Numbered from the stretch's first letter, positions 1 through 13,372 are shown. The stretch is DNA of 64,000 nucleotides from Chrysomallon squamiferum (GCA_012295275.1 CM022673.1:1426001-1490000); one strand, 5' to 3'. The notes: generated from the sequence alone by a model not told the origin. Numbers and translations are program-made.

Positions 1-1576
1 AGAAAAAAAAAAAAGAAAAAGAAAAAAATGAAAATAATAAACATTAACATAAAAATAAATGTCTCAACTGCAAAGACTGAAGCTTTAATTTATGTACCAC
101 CCTTTACCACATATAAGATTGAAAAACCCAACAAAGGAAGACAACTTTATGTTTATTTTATAGCTAACCAATACACATTAACTTCTACCAGAGTTATTAA
201 CATGTCAGTGTATGATAAACACGTATAATAATTGTCAGCAGATACAGAATACATTTAGATATTCCAAACAGATACATAAAGTGTGAATATGTAGGACATT
301 ATATTTATAATGGACAGACAAAGACTGTGGGTTAGGTCAATGACCAATGTCGAATCACCATTTTATTTAAATAAACCAGACACACACGACAAGGCAGTCC
401 ACTAAACACCATGTTCCTTATTGACAGGGCAGAACTGGAAAAACAAATGTGTTACTGCTGATCAGCATTTCAGTAAAGTTTAGTATTAATGCTTACCAGT
501 GATCACATAGTTATGTATAAAAAAAAAAAAAATAACAACAGAAAAGAAACATGTTGAAAGCATTCCATGATTTATTCTTACCAGCTAGGTATTGGTGTTA
601 ATATTTACTAAGGATCCAAAGTTTATGTATAAAAGAAAAAAAAAAACTGCCAACACCATTCTAGAGGCTATTTTTATCAGGTGTTTGTTAAACATATTTT
701 ATATGCAAGTACCTACGAACATTTTAAGAAACAAAAAAAAAAAAAAAAAAAAAAAAAAAATAACACTCCCAAAACATGCTACAGTATTTAATAAATCAGA
801 CATGGAGTAATGGTTGGTGTCACAGAAAAATATATTAGGTTAATTGTTCAAACTTGACAGCTGGTGTAATTCATTACTACATATTACGGTATGTTAAGAA
901 ACGGTATATTCAGTAGCACTGAACAAGTCAGAAGTAACAGGAATCATTGTGCTAGGACCACTGTTCAAGCCTGTAATGAAAACCCCCATGATACACTCAA
1001 TCAATAAACAATGATCATGTCAAAAACGTTTCCATGACTACAAAGGAACAGAATCTGTATTAATGAATGCATGCAAATATTCATGCAGACACAAATATTC
1101 ACATATGCATAAAGACAATTCATGCATACAGATTCACCAATGCATAATGCAGGGTATGTGTTTTTTTTTAATTATTACTGTATCTTAATTAATTTTTTTA
1201 TTATTATTTTTTATATTAAAAAACAACATATTCTGGAGAAAAAAAACAACATATTCTCAATGACCTACTTACACTAAATAATTTGAAAGCATTTTTTAAT
1301 AATAATTATTATTAAAATTTACTATTTGAATATATCAAAAGTTTAACTGATTTTATTCCTTTCATATTTATTCACATTAAACACCAAGCATTGTGTAAGC
1401 TGACTACTGCCAGAATGCTTTGACTGTTCTGTGTTATTCAACTTTATGAACAGGACAACACATGCTGTAAAATATTGTCATAATTATTAGTCACAAAATG
1501 ATTTAAATTCAAAGAGTCCCATTCACTGCTATTTGTCATCAAGAAGTGCCATCTAATTAGCATGTCAGGAAATCAG

Positions 1577-1595
1577 CAGTGCCATCTGGTGGCCA
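1577..1595 (-). promoter_or_regulatory. CTCF-binding-site-like motif
   Basis: Minus strand TGGCCACCAGATGGCACTG closely matches the CTCF core consensus (CCACCAG[A/G]TGGC[A/G]C). A partial second core (AGTGCCATCT) is at 1545-1554. Confidence 0.6.
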
Positions 1596-2088
1596 GGTGG
1601 AGATAACTCTTAACATGTGTTCATTATTGTTGACAGATGTTTATCAACAAAAAGGTTTCAGAGGCAATCTCCTGCCTAAACAGAACAATTCCTATGTGCT
1701 AGGCCAGAGAATGATGACAGGGGGAAAAAAAAACCTACATATATTAATGGAGGAATGATTTAAACTGACAACTTCCATTAGATGTGTGTTTTATGTATAG
1801 AAAAGTAAATAATCAGAAACATGCAGAAATTGGCAAACCAAAGAGATGTTACAAATGGAACACTTTATAATACATTATGTGCTGAAAGTTTACCAAAGTC
1901 GTAATAGTACTAAACAACCCTGTCAAAAAAAAAAGCATTGTCATTTTGTGCTGTGTGTTAGCAATGCTTGTAAAAGATATAGTTTATTATGCTATAATAT
2001 TTGCCTAATCTTACATCAGCACATTTCAATACTAAGGATTATTAGACAAATCAGCTGAATGTTTCTTGTATAAACTAGAATTATGATA

Positions 2089-2225
2089 TGAGAGAAGAAT
2101 GCTGCTCCTGGATTATCTCTTGGGTTACTCTTACTGATTAGCAGCAATATGTCATTTGCTATGCACCTTCTCATAGACAGTAAAGCACAAACCACAACTT
2201 TTGATTAGCCAGTTGCTGTGTCAGT
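2089..2225 (-). mobile_element. Decayed SINE-like interspersed repeat
   Basis: Shares the core GGGTTACTCTTACT..TAGCAGCAA....ATGCACCTTC.CATAGACAG...GCACAAACCACAAC.TTTGAT with copies near 7880, 15365, 23790, 47850 and 59520. Boundaries are approximate. Confidence 0.6.
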
Positions 2226-4149
2226 ATCCTAAGTGATTTACAAATAAAACACTGCAGTTCATTAAATGTTGAAGTGTTACCAAATGCCACTGCACAACAC
2301 TAACCGAACCATTCCAGGAATGGTGTCATTTTGTGTTACATGCAGGGAATGCATGTAACTGATATCTTCCTAAAATGATCTCCTGTGGTGGGTCTATCAT
2401 GTTATGTGTATTTTGTCTCAGTAACATTAGAAGTAAGTGAGAAAAGAAGGAGAGAAAAAAAAATGAACTGGATAAAGGAGAAATTAGAATTAAAGCCAAG
2501 AGAAAAATGGAAAAAAAAAAATGAAAAAGTGAAAGAAGAAAAATCATTTATAATAAACAAAAAGTTTGGATGAAGGACATAAGATAAAAGTTGAACAGAA
2601 AACAACAAACTTGGACAACATGACCACACACAATATATCACCACTCGAATTACCATAACAGAGATAAAAAGTAGCTGTCCATCTATTCAGATGACCCATT
2701 TTTATATAACACAGCATTTGCCTTTTCGTGATCATTCATGCTGAAATCAGAAAAGAAAAGATCACGAATGATGGGTGGCCAGCTCTCAGAATTCTGAACT
2801 GATCATCAAACAAAACATTGTGTGTCAGCACCTGAAATTCTAGACTCTTCATTTGTGAAGATGAATAAGAAACTGAGATGTTCTTACATTTATTTGAGAG
2901 AGAGAAAAAAAGGTTGCTGGACAAGTTGAGATGAGTTGTTTGACAGCCGTGAGATACATACTTGTATTCTATGTTTCAATCTCCTGTTGATAAACTGGTA
3001 TATTATTCCTGTGTGGCGTATCATGGAACATAAATAAAGTTATGATGGGTTGAGAATGTCATAAACTACCACAAATTAATAAAGGTTAGAGAATAGTAAA
3101 TTTCAGAGTGCTATGTAGTATCAAAAAAAAGTATATTCTTTACCTCCAGTAATAAATATCTAACATTATATCTTGTACTGTAATGCTATCAACAGGCATC
3201 TTTGCCTTGTTGCAGATTTCAGAACTGTTTTAATACTTTCAAGCCTGACATATGTGATGACAAACAGTTCAGCTCTGACTTTAACTTTTAAAACACAGGT
3301 CTGCACATCAGTTTATTCAATCTGTAAAACTGTGATTGGTGTGAAATAAATGGAAGGAAGTGTCTGCAATACTGCCTGGCCTTTTTATTGCTACACTACA
3401 TTTGGCCAGTCAGTTTATATTGGTTTGTGACACAAAGAGAACCAACTGTAACTGTTTCAGGATCATTACACAGCTGGATGATTTACTGCTTGTAAAAATA
3501 ACTCTGATCAGCTTAGCTTTTGAGTAAAATTTAATATAAGTTTCTGAACAGGCCAGTATATATATATAAAAAATATGATTCAGATCACAATTTTTGAAAT
3601 ATATTTGGGTGTAAACCTTTAAGAAAGTTCCGATTTCAGTTCAATTTACAAACTTTGTCTATCACATGTCAAAAGTGGCATGTGAGTTACAAACAGAACT
3701 GAAGAAAGAAAACAATGCCAGGTCATAACAGATGTCAGGGGAAACCAGTTCAGGTTTCTTCTGACACATAAAGAAAGAAGAAAAAACTGCACGAATGTGA
3801 TAAGTATGTAAACAAAAGCAGATGATGACAGGTCAGATATGAAAGTTTAATAAACAGATGTCAAAGCAGTGTTACTTTCACACTGGATAACACAGAGGAT
3901 CAGACCTTCTTAGAGTACCCATTAGTCTATTTCCCATTCCAGACATGTTCCTGTAAATGATTTATCAAAGATCACAGTATGTGCTTTCTTCTCAGTGGAA
4001 AGATGCATTTCTTCCTTCATGTCACTGTCACATGTGTGGGTGTGTGATCTTTTTTCAGTGCAGATGAATATTTTTTAAATGTTCTTTTTATTTTTAGCTC
4101 ATCACGAAAATGCCATGACTTTTGTTTTAAATTTTTCAACCATTGCTAC

Positions 4150-4215
4150 CTGGTTGTGTAAATTCACACATTTTTCAAGGTGTGAACTGTTGGCAGTGCT
4201 GTTGATCAAGGCCAT
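4150..4215 (-). CDS. Candidate short phase-0 coding exon, copy 1 (MALINSTANSSHLEKCVNLHNQ)
   Basis: aaaATGG start, 22 open codons, then CAG|GTAGCA donor. A TGCAG acceptor 3 nt upstream of the ATG would instead make a 69-nt internal exon (4150-4218). Confidence 0.2.
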
Positions 4216-4627
4216 TTTCTGCACAGAATCCAGCTAATAAATCTTACCATAAAATGATAAGGGAGCATCCATCTTACATGATGCTGACACAGCCAAGGGC
4301 CGTAACTCTAAAAATAGCATAACTGAAATAGAATTATCTCTGAGTGACAGTTAATTAACCAAGAATGTGAAAATATTATATCTGTAGTAATGACATAAAA
4401 AAATTATAATAAAAAAATAATTTAAAAAATTCAAATAAAAATAAAAATGTTATTTTAAGATTTAGGTTAACTAGAGGTAATAAAATATATAAAATTTGCA
4501 TCATGTTTTTGTGATTTTGTGTGTGTGTGTGAGTTTGGTTTTTTTTATCTTTATTCAGTGCAGATGCCTTTTTTTTTTTTTTTTTTTAGCTCATCAGGAA
4601 AATGCCATGACTTGTTTTAAATTTTTC

Positions 4628-4662
<35 letters not shown>

Positions 4663-4716
4663 AATGCCTGGTGCAATTTTATAAACAAAAATGGAATCCT
4701 AACCATTACTTATTAC

Positions 4717-4782
4717 CTGGTTGTGTAAATTCAAACATTTTTCAAGATGTGAACTGTTGGCAGTGCTGTTGATCAAGGCCAT
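4717..4782 (-). CDS. Candidate short phase-0 coding exon, copy 2 (MALINSTANSSHLEKCLNLHNQ)
   Basis: gaaATGG start, 22 open codons, CAG|GTAATA donor. Alternatively a 69-nt internal exon 4717-4785 after tttctgtgcag. Confidence 0.25.
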
Positions 4783-5891
4783 TTCCTGCACAGAAATACG
4801 ACTGGCTAAATGATACATCTGCACTAGCAGTGGCACATATACTTTGTTAGTAATAAAGATCAGCAACTTCAGTTACAAAATGATGCTGAGTGATGGATGG
4901 CAAGAGAAAAGCTTGAAGAATGAAATGCAGTAAATTAATGCAGTGATCCACATGAGGTAAATTAAAGTGCTGAATTACCAAACAAAAGACCATTCAAACT
5001 CAAATTAATGCTGTTTTTGTTATTTTTATGTTAATTAATAACAGCTGTACAGATTTATTTGAGTAAAATCCAGTTTAAGACAGTACATTCGTAAACACAT
5101 GTTATTAGGATGGCCCTTCAGAAAGATTTTAATATCCATCAGATGACATTTAAATTCACAGAAATGTTTTAAATCCATTTCCTTGCAGGTTTCAATGTAC
5201 CATTATTTAGAATATTTACGTAATCGTTAAAAGATCTTTTAATTTTGTTTATTTACCAATTCAGTAATGTGCATATCTCACATCTGATAAAGTGATTATT
5301 TAATTTGATGCAGTATTTTTTTTTTAATTCTCCATTTCCTACTATTACTAAACAGGCACCATCTGCCAACTGATTATGTCTGATCTTTCCAGGCCCCCAA
5401 AAGTACCTGACATTTTATATTGCACCCACAGCAAACATCACAAAGGTAAATTTAAATGTGAAACTAATTTGGATGCATTTCCTGATAATTAAAACGTAAT
5501 TACTGATGGAATATGGTTTTAATCATCCCATTATAGTTCACTTTTATTGTTTAATTAGCTCTGTGAGTTCTTCAGGGGTTTAAGGGGTCTAATTGTTTGA
5601 AAGAAATATTTTTGAAAATGTTATTTTCAAAAAGCAAAATTCTAAAGGTGGTACTAGAAATCAACAGCTAAATAGCTATTTATAAGATTTTAATTTTTTT
5701 TTAATTTTTTTTTTTTAGACCAAGGTTTATGCTTTCAGAAATACTTCTGGAATAGTGTATTTGATATTTTAAAAAACAGTAACAGCAGAAAAAACAAATA
5801 TTCAGAATAATGAAAACATCCTGTAACAACCCAGCACATGTACATTAAATATGTAAATACTGAAAAGAGCTCTGTTCGAATGACTGTATTT

Positions 5892-5905
5892 GTTACCATG
5901 GCAAC
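5892..5905. promoter_or_regulatory. RFX X-box palindrome
   Basis: GTTACCATGGCAAC matches the X-box consensus GTTNCCATGGNAAC. Confidence 0.5.
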
Positions 5906-6629
5906 TGTAAGCCTAATGGTTTTAAAATATTGTTTTAACATGCAGGTAGAGGACATATGTTTAAACCAGATGGCATGCATTTTCATTTTTTCTTTCTTTC
6001 TTACACTCGTATTCTCATGCCACGAAAAGACCAGTCTATGTTACCACAGTGTTAGAGATTTGGCTCAAGCTGTGACAGTTTTTAGAATTGTTGATATTTC
6101 AGCTATTTCCAGTTCCAAATGTGTTCTGATACAACTATTTGTAAACCAATCAATATTTTCAAAAATCTGGCATGTTCACTTTTGTCCTCAGGAAAATAAA
6201 CACATTTATAAAAAAAACTTTAAAAAATTAAATAAATTTCCTTACTGCTAATCTGTAAGAGTACTCATCTATGTGTTTCTTCTGGCTGAATGTTTGTGTT
6301 GTTTCCTATATTCTCTTTACTAAAATAACACATATAATGGTACCAGATTTAGATGGTCAGTTCAAATAATCAAAACATGACAGCCAAAAAAGCTTGTCCA
6401 TTATTTCCACCTGTGTTGTATACTTGCACACCTGAGGCAAAGGGTTCAAAGAAAACATCAAAGAGTTTGTAAATTTGTTTTACAACTGGCAGTAGCTTGC
6501 TTGTTTTCCCATCAAACACTGGTCACATCTTTAGCTTTGGTTAACAAATGAAGGTCAGAAGGTCTAGCTCTGGAGCAAGTTCTGAACAAACTCTTACAAA
6601 TGTTTAATTTTATTTCACATTAATCACAG

Positions 6630-6850
6630 GAGTTGCAGAGCAGGTTAAAGTGCTGGTGTAAAGATCTGATGGTTTTCAGGATCAATTCCCCACAGTGCTC
6701 ATTTTGAGTTATTTTATGTTTCAGTGAGTATTTCATGTCCAGTTCATCAAAAGGCATCATCTGTGTTTTACTGTTTGTGAGAAGGTGAATGCATTAGATC
6801 CACTGATGCTAAAGTAACAGGTTTTCTCTGAAGACTACTGCCAAAATATG
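6630..6850 (+). mobile_element. Decayed SINE-like repeat, opposite orientation, with tRNA-head-like start
   Basis: B-box-like CAGGATCAATTCCCC followed by ATCAAAAGGC...TGTGAGAAGGTGAATGCATTAGATCC..TGATGCTAA, which is the reverse complement of the shared repeat core. A similar relic is near 31575-31705. Confidence 0.5.
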
Positions 6851-7479
6851 CGATCATAGAAAATGATCTTAAAACACACAATTTAATATTTACGCAAAAC
6901 TATTTTATATGAAAACATTTCTCCCAGGTAGATTTTTGATTGATACATCTAGATTATTAAATAACTTCTAATACTGATCACTAATTATTTTTGAATTTTA
7001 TATAATTTTGTAATTTTATTTCAATATAAGGGATTTGTTTTCCATTTTTTCAAAAGCATTTTTTTTCATTATTGTTTTTGTTGTTGTTGTTGTCTGTTTT
7101 TGTTTATTTGGGTAGGGTGTTATTGTTTTTGTGTTTTTCACAGATATCATAATCTGTTTTCTTCTTTATTACTGACAGCAGGTTTTCAAGAGCAGGTTTT
7201 TCTGTTTATTTGTTTAGTGTTATTATTTAATGGGCGGAGATACCTTTTGAAACGTATCTGATACCAGTTTCTTAATAACAATGGCAAATAACATAAACAT
7301 TTCCTTCCTTAATATCTTCTTAAGTTTGTTATTTACTAACACAAGCAACACAAAACATACACAAAGAAAGCCAGCATTTTATCTGCAGCTTTGACATTTG
7401 TCTGAACATATTTCTGGCCTGGCCTTAAAGACCCAACCAACCCATAATTTGAGGCAGCTCAGAAATGTAAGCACTCCGG

Positions 7480-7490
7480 GGGAAATTCCC
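7480..7490. promoter_or_regulatory. NF-kB/Rel site
   Basis: GGGAAATTCCC is a canonical kB element, inside a locally GC-richer block (7400-7700). Confidence 0.4.
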
Positions 7491-8307
7491 TGGCCAGGAA
7501 TGACAACCAAAAGGGCAAGTTATGATATTTTCAAAACCTCAAATACCAGCATTCACGTATTTGCCTTGGGCAATAGGGCAGAACAGGTAGTCAGATGAAA
7601 GTGGTGCCAAGGTGAAGGTCACACCCACACAAAACACTGAGCAGCGAAAGATTGAAAACTTGAATCTTTTTTGGAGATGTAACGAAAGACTCAGTATCTG
7701 GTGGTACAAAGTACTGTATTTCAGTAAAAAGAACAGTATTTTCTGTACAATGTTATTACTTTAATAATAAAGGAATAAATCAAAACATTTCAACCTGTTT
7801 AATACAAAAAGCTTTTTGGTATGAAATACAAATTTCTTACATAATTATAAGTAAGGAAACCTAACACTGAAATTTGATTGGCTAATCTTACTGTATGTCA
7901 ACAAGGAATGTTTCCTATGCACCTTCCCATAGACAGAGGGGAAGAAATTAAAAACAAACACAACTAAACTGAAACAGGTTGCTCAGTGATACTGATACAA
8001 AAATATTTACTGTGACAGACACTGACAGACACTCACAGACACACAGACACATTCTGTACATCAGAGAGGGTATGTAATTATGAACTCCAGACATGACTAA
8101 CAGTTTACTGATGAACATACACAACAAAACAGCACCAGTCACCTGGAATAATGATTACAAGAACGACATGCCTGACTGACTACATGACTAGACTGGGTAG
8201 GGCCGCAGCCTGTGATCACTGAAAGCAGTGAGGAATGTTTTGTCCTGTTACTTCCTCCTGTTTGCTCAAACAGCCAGAGTTTACCAGTGCGGAAGTCTCC
8301 CAAACTC

Positions 8308-8320
8308 AGGTGAAAGGTCA
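8308..8320 (+). promoter_or_regulatory. Nuclear receptor DR1 element
   Basis: AGGTGA-A-AGGTCA, next to an ETS core CGGAAGT (8290-8296), in a CpG-enriched block. Confidence 0.35.
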
Positions 8321-8458
8321 ATGTAGCAACGTCTTCGTTGAGACGAACGTGTCAGTATTTGAAACGGAAATTCTAAAAAACACACGTTAACTCTTTTGCT
8401 TCTGTCACCTTCCATTTGTCTTTCATTTCCTTTTTTCACATTTTTTCGACTTCTTTTC

Positions 8459-8489
<31 letters not shown>

Positions 8490-8808
8490 ACTTCCCTTTC
8501 TTTTTGAAGTTAGACTTATTTAGTTCAAAAGATATTTTTATTTAAAAGTGCAAATAAAACCAAACAGGACATGCAGGAGGAGGGGGGGTTCTTCCTTCCT
8601 TATTAGAGACATTTATATTTAAGGTATTTCAGACTGTCAGTTAAGTATGGAAATAATGTTAAGCTGAACATTTAAAAAAAAAAAATTGTTTACTTCTTTT
8701 CCTTTTATTGAAATACTTTGTTTTATTATTATTAATTAGACTATACAGCTGAATTACAGAAATTTAAAAGTATATTCTCCTAGTACACACACACACACAC
8801 ACACATAC

Positions 8809-8845
<37 letters not shown>

Positions 8846-8944
8846 GAGAGAAATGGTTCAGGTCACTATCTCTGTAGTGTTAAACTCGGAGATGAATCTG
8901 GGCAGGGCAGTAACTGATGCTTACAACAAAGTACACACAGACAG

Positions 8945-9096
8945 ATATGGAACACACAGTCTATGTAGAGAGAGAGAGATATGAAACACACAGTCTATGT
9001 AGAGAGAGAGAGATATGGAACACACAGTCTATGTAGAGAGAGAGAGATATGGAACACACAGTCTATGTAGAGAGAGAGAGATATGGAACACACAGT
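8945..9096. repeat. 34-bp minisatellite, about 4.5 copies
   Basis: Unit ATATGGAACACACAGTCTATGTAGAGAGAGAGAG starting at 8945, 8979, 9013, 9047 and 9081 (partial). Confidence 0.95.
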
Positions 9097-9766
9097 ATAT
9101 ATTCATGTGTGTGTGTTTCTGAGTCAGAGGTGCCAGATGGCCCATTATCTTACAAGTATGTATATCCTAGATACACTAGCAAACACTGTGCTCATCTCCC
9201 TACAGGAAATTATGAACATAAAAAATTATTTTTTAAGTTTAAAAAAAAAGAAAAAAAAAGAAATATATAGTAATAAATATGAGAGTTTAAGTATCTTCTA
9301 CACATATGGTTTAGCTTTGGTTGGCTTAGACAGAAAAAGAAACAGCAGTAAATAGCTTAAAACTAATAAATATAGGCATGGATGTATGTATGGATGGATG
9401 AATGGATTGAAGATAGTAAAAATGTGTGGATAAAAATATGAATGGACAGACAGTGAAGGTGTGGATACACTTATGGATGGACAGATAGTGAACAGGTGAA
9501 TATGATGGATGGACAGGTGACTACTGAAAAAGGTGGATTGACAGGTAAACACACGAGTGTAATGATAAAGGATGATATTTCTGAATATTCTGAGATTAGC
9601 TAATACCAAGAAAAAAAATAAAAATAAAAATTTAAATAGAATTGTACATTTCCTCACTGTCTTATGGAATAGTAAATTTCCTGTCTTATAGAACTCTACA
9701 TTTTTCTCACTTTATACAGAATTCTCTTAGTGCTCACTGTATCATGGAATGGTACATTTTTGGGGG

Positions 9767-10000
9767 AACTGTACAATTCCTCATTGACTCACAGAACTGT
9801 ACATTTCCTCATTGACTCACAGAACTGTACAATTCCTCATTGACTCACAGAACTGTACATTTCCTCATTGACTCACAGAACTGAAATTTCCTCATTGACT
9901 CACAGAACTGTACAATTCCTCATTGACTCACAGAACTGTACATTTCCTCATTGACTCACAGAACTGTACATTTCCTCATTGACTCACAGAACTGTACATT
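9767..10000. repeat. 28-bp minisatellite, 8 copies plus a partial, each with TGACTCA
   Basis: Unit AACTGTACA(A/T)TTCCTCATTGACTCACAG; unit 5 is 27 bp. Diverged older units lie at about 9638-9760. Confidence 0.95.
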
Positions 10001-10943
10001 CTCGTGAACTTCCTGCTTTCTGGAAATTACGAGCTTACATAACCCAGTTACAGGACGATTCCTTGACGTGTTTTAAATGTGTTTTTGCTGTATGTACCAT
10101 TGATGGCAAATCATTTTAACGGTGCTATTAAAGATGCAGAAATTCACATGTCAGAAACAAATTTATCTGCTTTTTCAGAACGCCAGCTGTCTGAAATTAT
10201 TCAGTTAAAATTTATACAATGAAGTATTATGGACTGAAAAAAAAATACATTAAAACGAAATTTTAAGAGGTCAGCAGTTGTTCTGTGGCAGCAAATAAGC
10301 ATCACCATCAGCATCACCAGCAGCAGCAGCATCAGCAGATAAAGCAAAAAAAAAAAATTTTAAAAATAAAAAGTAGAAAAAACATAATATTTTATTTCAC
10401 TAATCACACACACACACACAATCACACAAGTGTTGATTTTTCAAATGTAATTTTATTTATTTTTATTTATTATTATTATTATTGGTTTGGTTTTTTTTTT
10501 TTTTTTTTAATTTCATTTACCACTAAATGGATTCATACCATGCAGCAATTTTAAATTTGTCATTGTTAAATCACTACAAAAGAACCACACATATCAAGTA
10601 TACATCCACGTTCTTATCATTACCTCAACAGGTATTCATTTGTCAAGCAATAACACAAACATACCCCAACAAGCAAAAACTCATTATTTAAATCTATTAC
10701 TCCATAGTATAAACATATATACAATTTTGTTTTTTTTATCTTTTTTTTTCCTTTTAAAAACAAATTTTGGGACAATCAAAATGCTTCAAAAACAATAATA
10801 ATACAAAAAATAAAATAAAAAATTATCAAATTAAAAATTAAAAATAAATAAATCTATATGTATTACTCATTGTGTACATTAATATCTGTGTTTATTTTTA
10901 CTTCTGTATATTCTGGATAAATCCGAGGAGAAAAATCACCAAA

Positions 10944-10976
<33 letters not shown>

Positions 10977-11840
10977 AACAATACAACAGTTTATTTTTAT
11001 TTGAAGCACTTCTTTCTTTCTTTTAAAACAAACAACAAAAAAAACCCACAAAAACAAATAGCTATTTACAAAAATAAACTTAATAAATTGAGATAAAAAC
11101 ATCAGGCAGTGGAATCCAAGAAAAAGATGACTCACTAATATTACACAGGTTAAGATACAGGATGAGTAACATCCAGATATATAATAAACATGTCCATGGA
11201 CAGGTATGTAAGTATAACATACGGGCGTTATCACACAAGATGCTGGTATTTACTGGAATCATGACCTCAGTAAGGATGAAAGAAATGTATTATGTATATA
11301 CATAAATGCAGCAGTAGTTGGGTTTAAAAATAAACACGAGGTGCTGATATTAAATACTTTGAATTATTATCAAAACAGGAATGTAAGAAATGTATTATAA
11401 TTTATGTATATGAATTATTAATTGCATTTTAAGTAGGAGTTAAAAATAAACATGAGATGCTAATACTAAATACTTGAAATTATGATCCCAACAGGGATAT
11501 AGGTAATGAATTATATATACAAGTAGCTGTAATAGAAAAACAGGGTTTATAATTCATATATGCAGACATTATCATACAAAATCCTAGTATGTACTGGAAT
11601 AATGTCATTTGGTAAGAATATGTGACAAATGTTATATTGTAATTATATAAATGTACCAGAAACTGAAATGTAAGGTTAAATAACAAATGTACAAGCATTA
11701 TAACACAAGATAGAGGTATTTACTGGAACCATGGTCTTAGTATGGATATAATAATGAATCTACACACTTACTGCTGTGTTCAGGATGTAGGATTTAATAC
11801 TAAGAAGCTTAAAACTAAAAAGTAATACTAAGAATGTGAA

Positions 11841-12066
11841 TTCCAGAGAGAATTAGTCTATGGTCTGACACCTAATTGACTGTTAATAAACAAATACGCT
11901 GACATTTCAAACATTTCCAGAGAGAATTAATCTATGGTCTGACACCTAATTGACTGTTAATAAACAAATACACTGACATTTCAAACATTTCCAGAGAGAA
12001 TTAACTATGGTCTGACACCTAATTGACTGTTAATAAACAAATACACTGGCATTTCAAACATTTCCA
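11841..12066. repeat. 74-bp tandem repeat, 3 copies
   Basis: TTCCAGAGAGAATTA.TCTATGGTCTGACACCTAATTGACTGTTAATAAACAAATAC.CTG.CATTTCAAACAT starting at 11841, 11915 and 11989. Confidence 0.95.
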
Positions 12067-13274
12067 CATTTCAGAGAGAATTAAAGATAATACTGTAGTA
12101 TTTTCCTTTCTTTCTTTTTTTTTTTTTTAAATTTATTTATTTATTTATTTAATTACAATTAAATACTGAGAACAGCTAGAAATATTACACAATTCTACAC
12201 CACTAAGTCGGAGAGGATAAAGCCATTTAAATGGTTTTAACAAAACTGATCAGACTTTTGATCAGACTTAATTTAATCTTCAACCACTGACATAACAATA
12301 AATCCTTTTCTTCCAGAACACCAATGGGGGGGGAGAGAGAGAGAGAGAGAGAGAGAGACTGTATGCAAAGGAAGGGGTATATTTATGTTACAAAACAAAC
12401 CACCTGAACATTCCTAAGCTAAAGACAGAAACACACCTATGTAATTTATATCCATCAATAACACAAGTGTTCCTGGTTATTTATTTTATGACAGCTGGAT
12501 CTACAGATGCCCTTGATGGGCAATTAATTTATTAAAACAGAAACCTGTTTATCAAAACAGGATATTTTTACTCTCTGGATTTCTGGTTTGTTTTGTTGTG
12601 GGTTTTTTTTTCTTCTACATAATTTATCATATTTTTCCATGTTCATCTGTTCAGCATTTATCAGGCCTATCAAAATTATTTACATTTTCTACTCTTATTT
12701 TATTTTATTATTATCATTTTTAATTCTCCTTAACATTCTTTAACTCTCTGTGTCTGACTCAACAAAATTACTTTCTATTCTTTTGCATATAATGTATTAC
12801 ATCTGTGAATTAGTTATTATACATACATACATACACACAAAAACACACGCACATGTATGTATTTTATAAATATATATATCTATGTCTACACTTTATTACC
12901 CTATAATTACAGTGTTTAATACTTAGTTATAACTTTTAAGTACAACGTAATACAGTGTAATTAGGTTCTGTACACAAAATAATACTTATAACTACTTTGT
13001 ACTCACATTCCTCAATGTGGAACATGTTAACTACATTCATTAAAGTAAATGCTTGTATTTACCATGTTAGTGTTACTGCTATGTGATAACTATAAACAAA
13101 ATTCTGGTGTAATTATGGTTTCCAACTCCTCCCTTTTACTACCTGCTAACCACCACAGATCGTGGCTTTGGTCAGGCTTTGGTGGGTTTTTTGTTTCATT
13201 AGTTAATTTCTATTTCAATTATTTTATTTATTTTTATTTTTATTTATTTATTTTTTATTAATAATTATTTATTT

Positions 13275-13327
<53 letters not shown>

Positions 13328-13332
13328 TTTAC

Positions 13333-13372
<40 letters not shown>

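Larger units (their letters stand above)
4054..4796. repeat. Local direct duplication (4054-4228 and 4554-4796)
   Basis: Both copies read TTCAGTGCAGATG...TTTAGCTCATCA.GAAAATGCCATGACTT...ACCTGGTTGTGTAAATTCA.ACATTTTTCAAG.TGTGAACTGTTGGCAGTGCTGTTGATCAAGGCCATTT.CTGCACAGAA; copy 2 has extra internal sequence. Confidence 0.9.

Noticed and set aside
8142-8372. Minus-strand exon candidate after ttttttag (NFRFKY* or EFPFQILTRSSQRRRCYIDLSPEFGRLPHW*)
   Set aside because: Frame is ambiguous and no homology recognised; the block is equally explained as a regulatory element (DR1, ETS).
9767-10000. CRISPR-like 28-bp periodicity
   Set aside because: Units are contiguous with no unique spacers, there are no cas genes, and the context is eukaryotic.
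13061-13068. aacATG|GTAAAT Met-only first exon on the - strand
   Set aside because: Too short to distinguish from chance and no promoter signature nearby.
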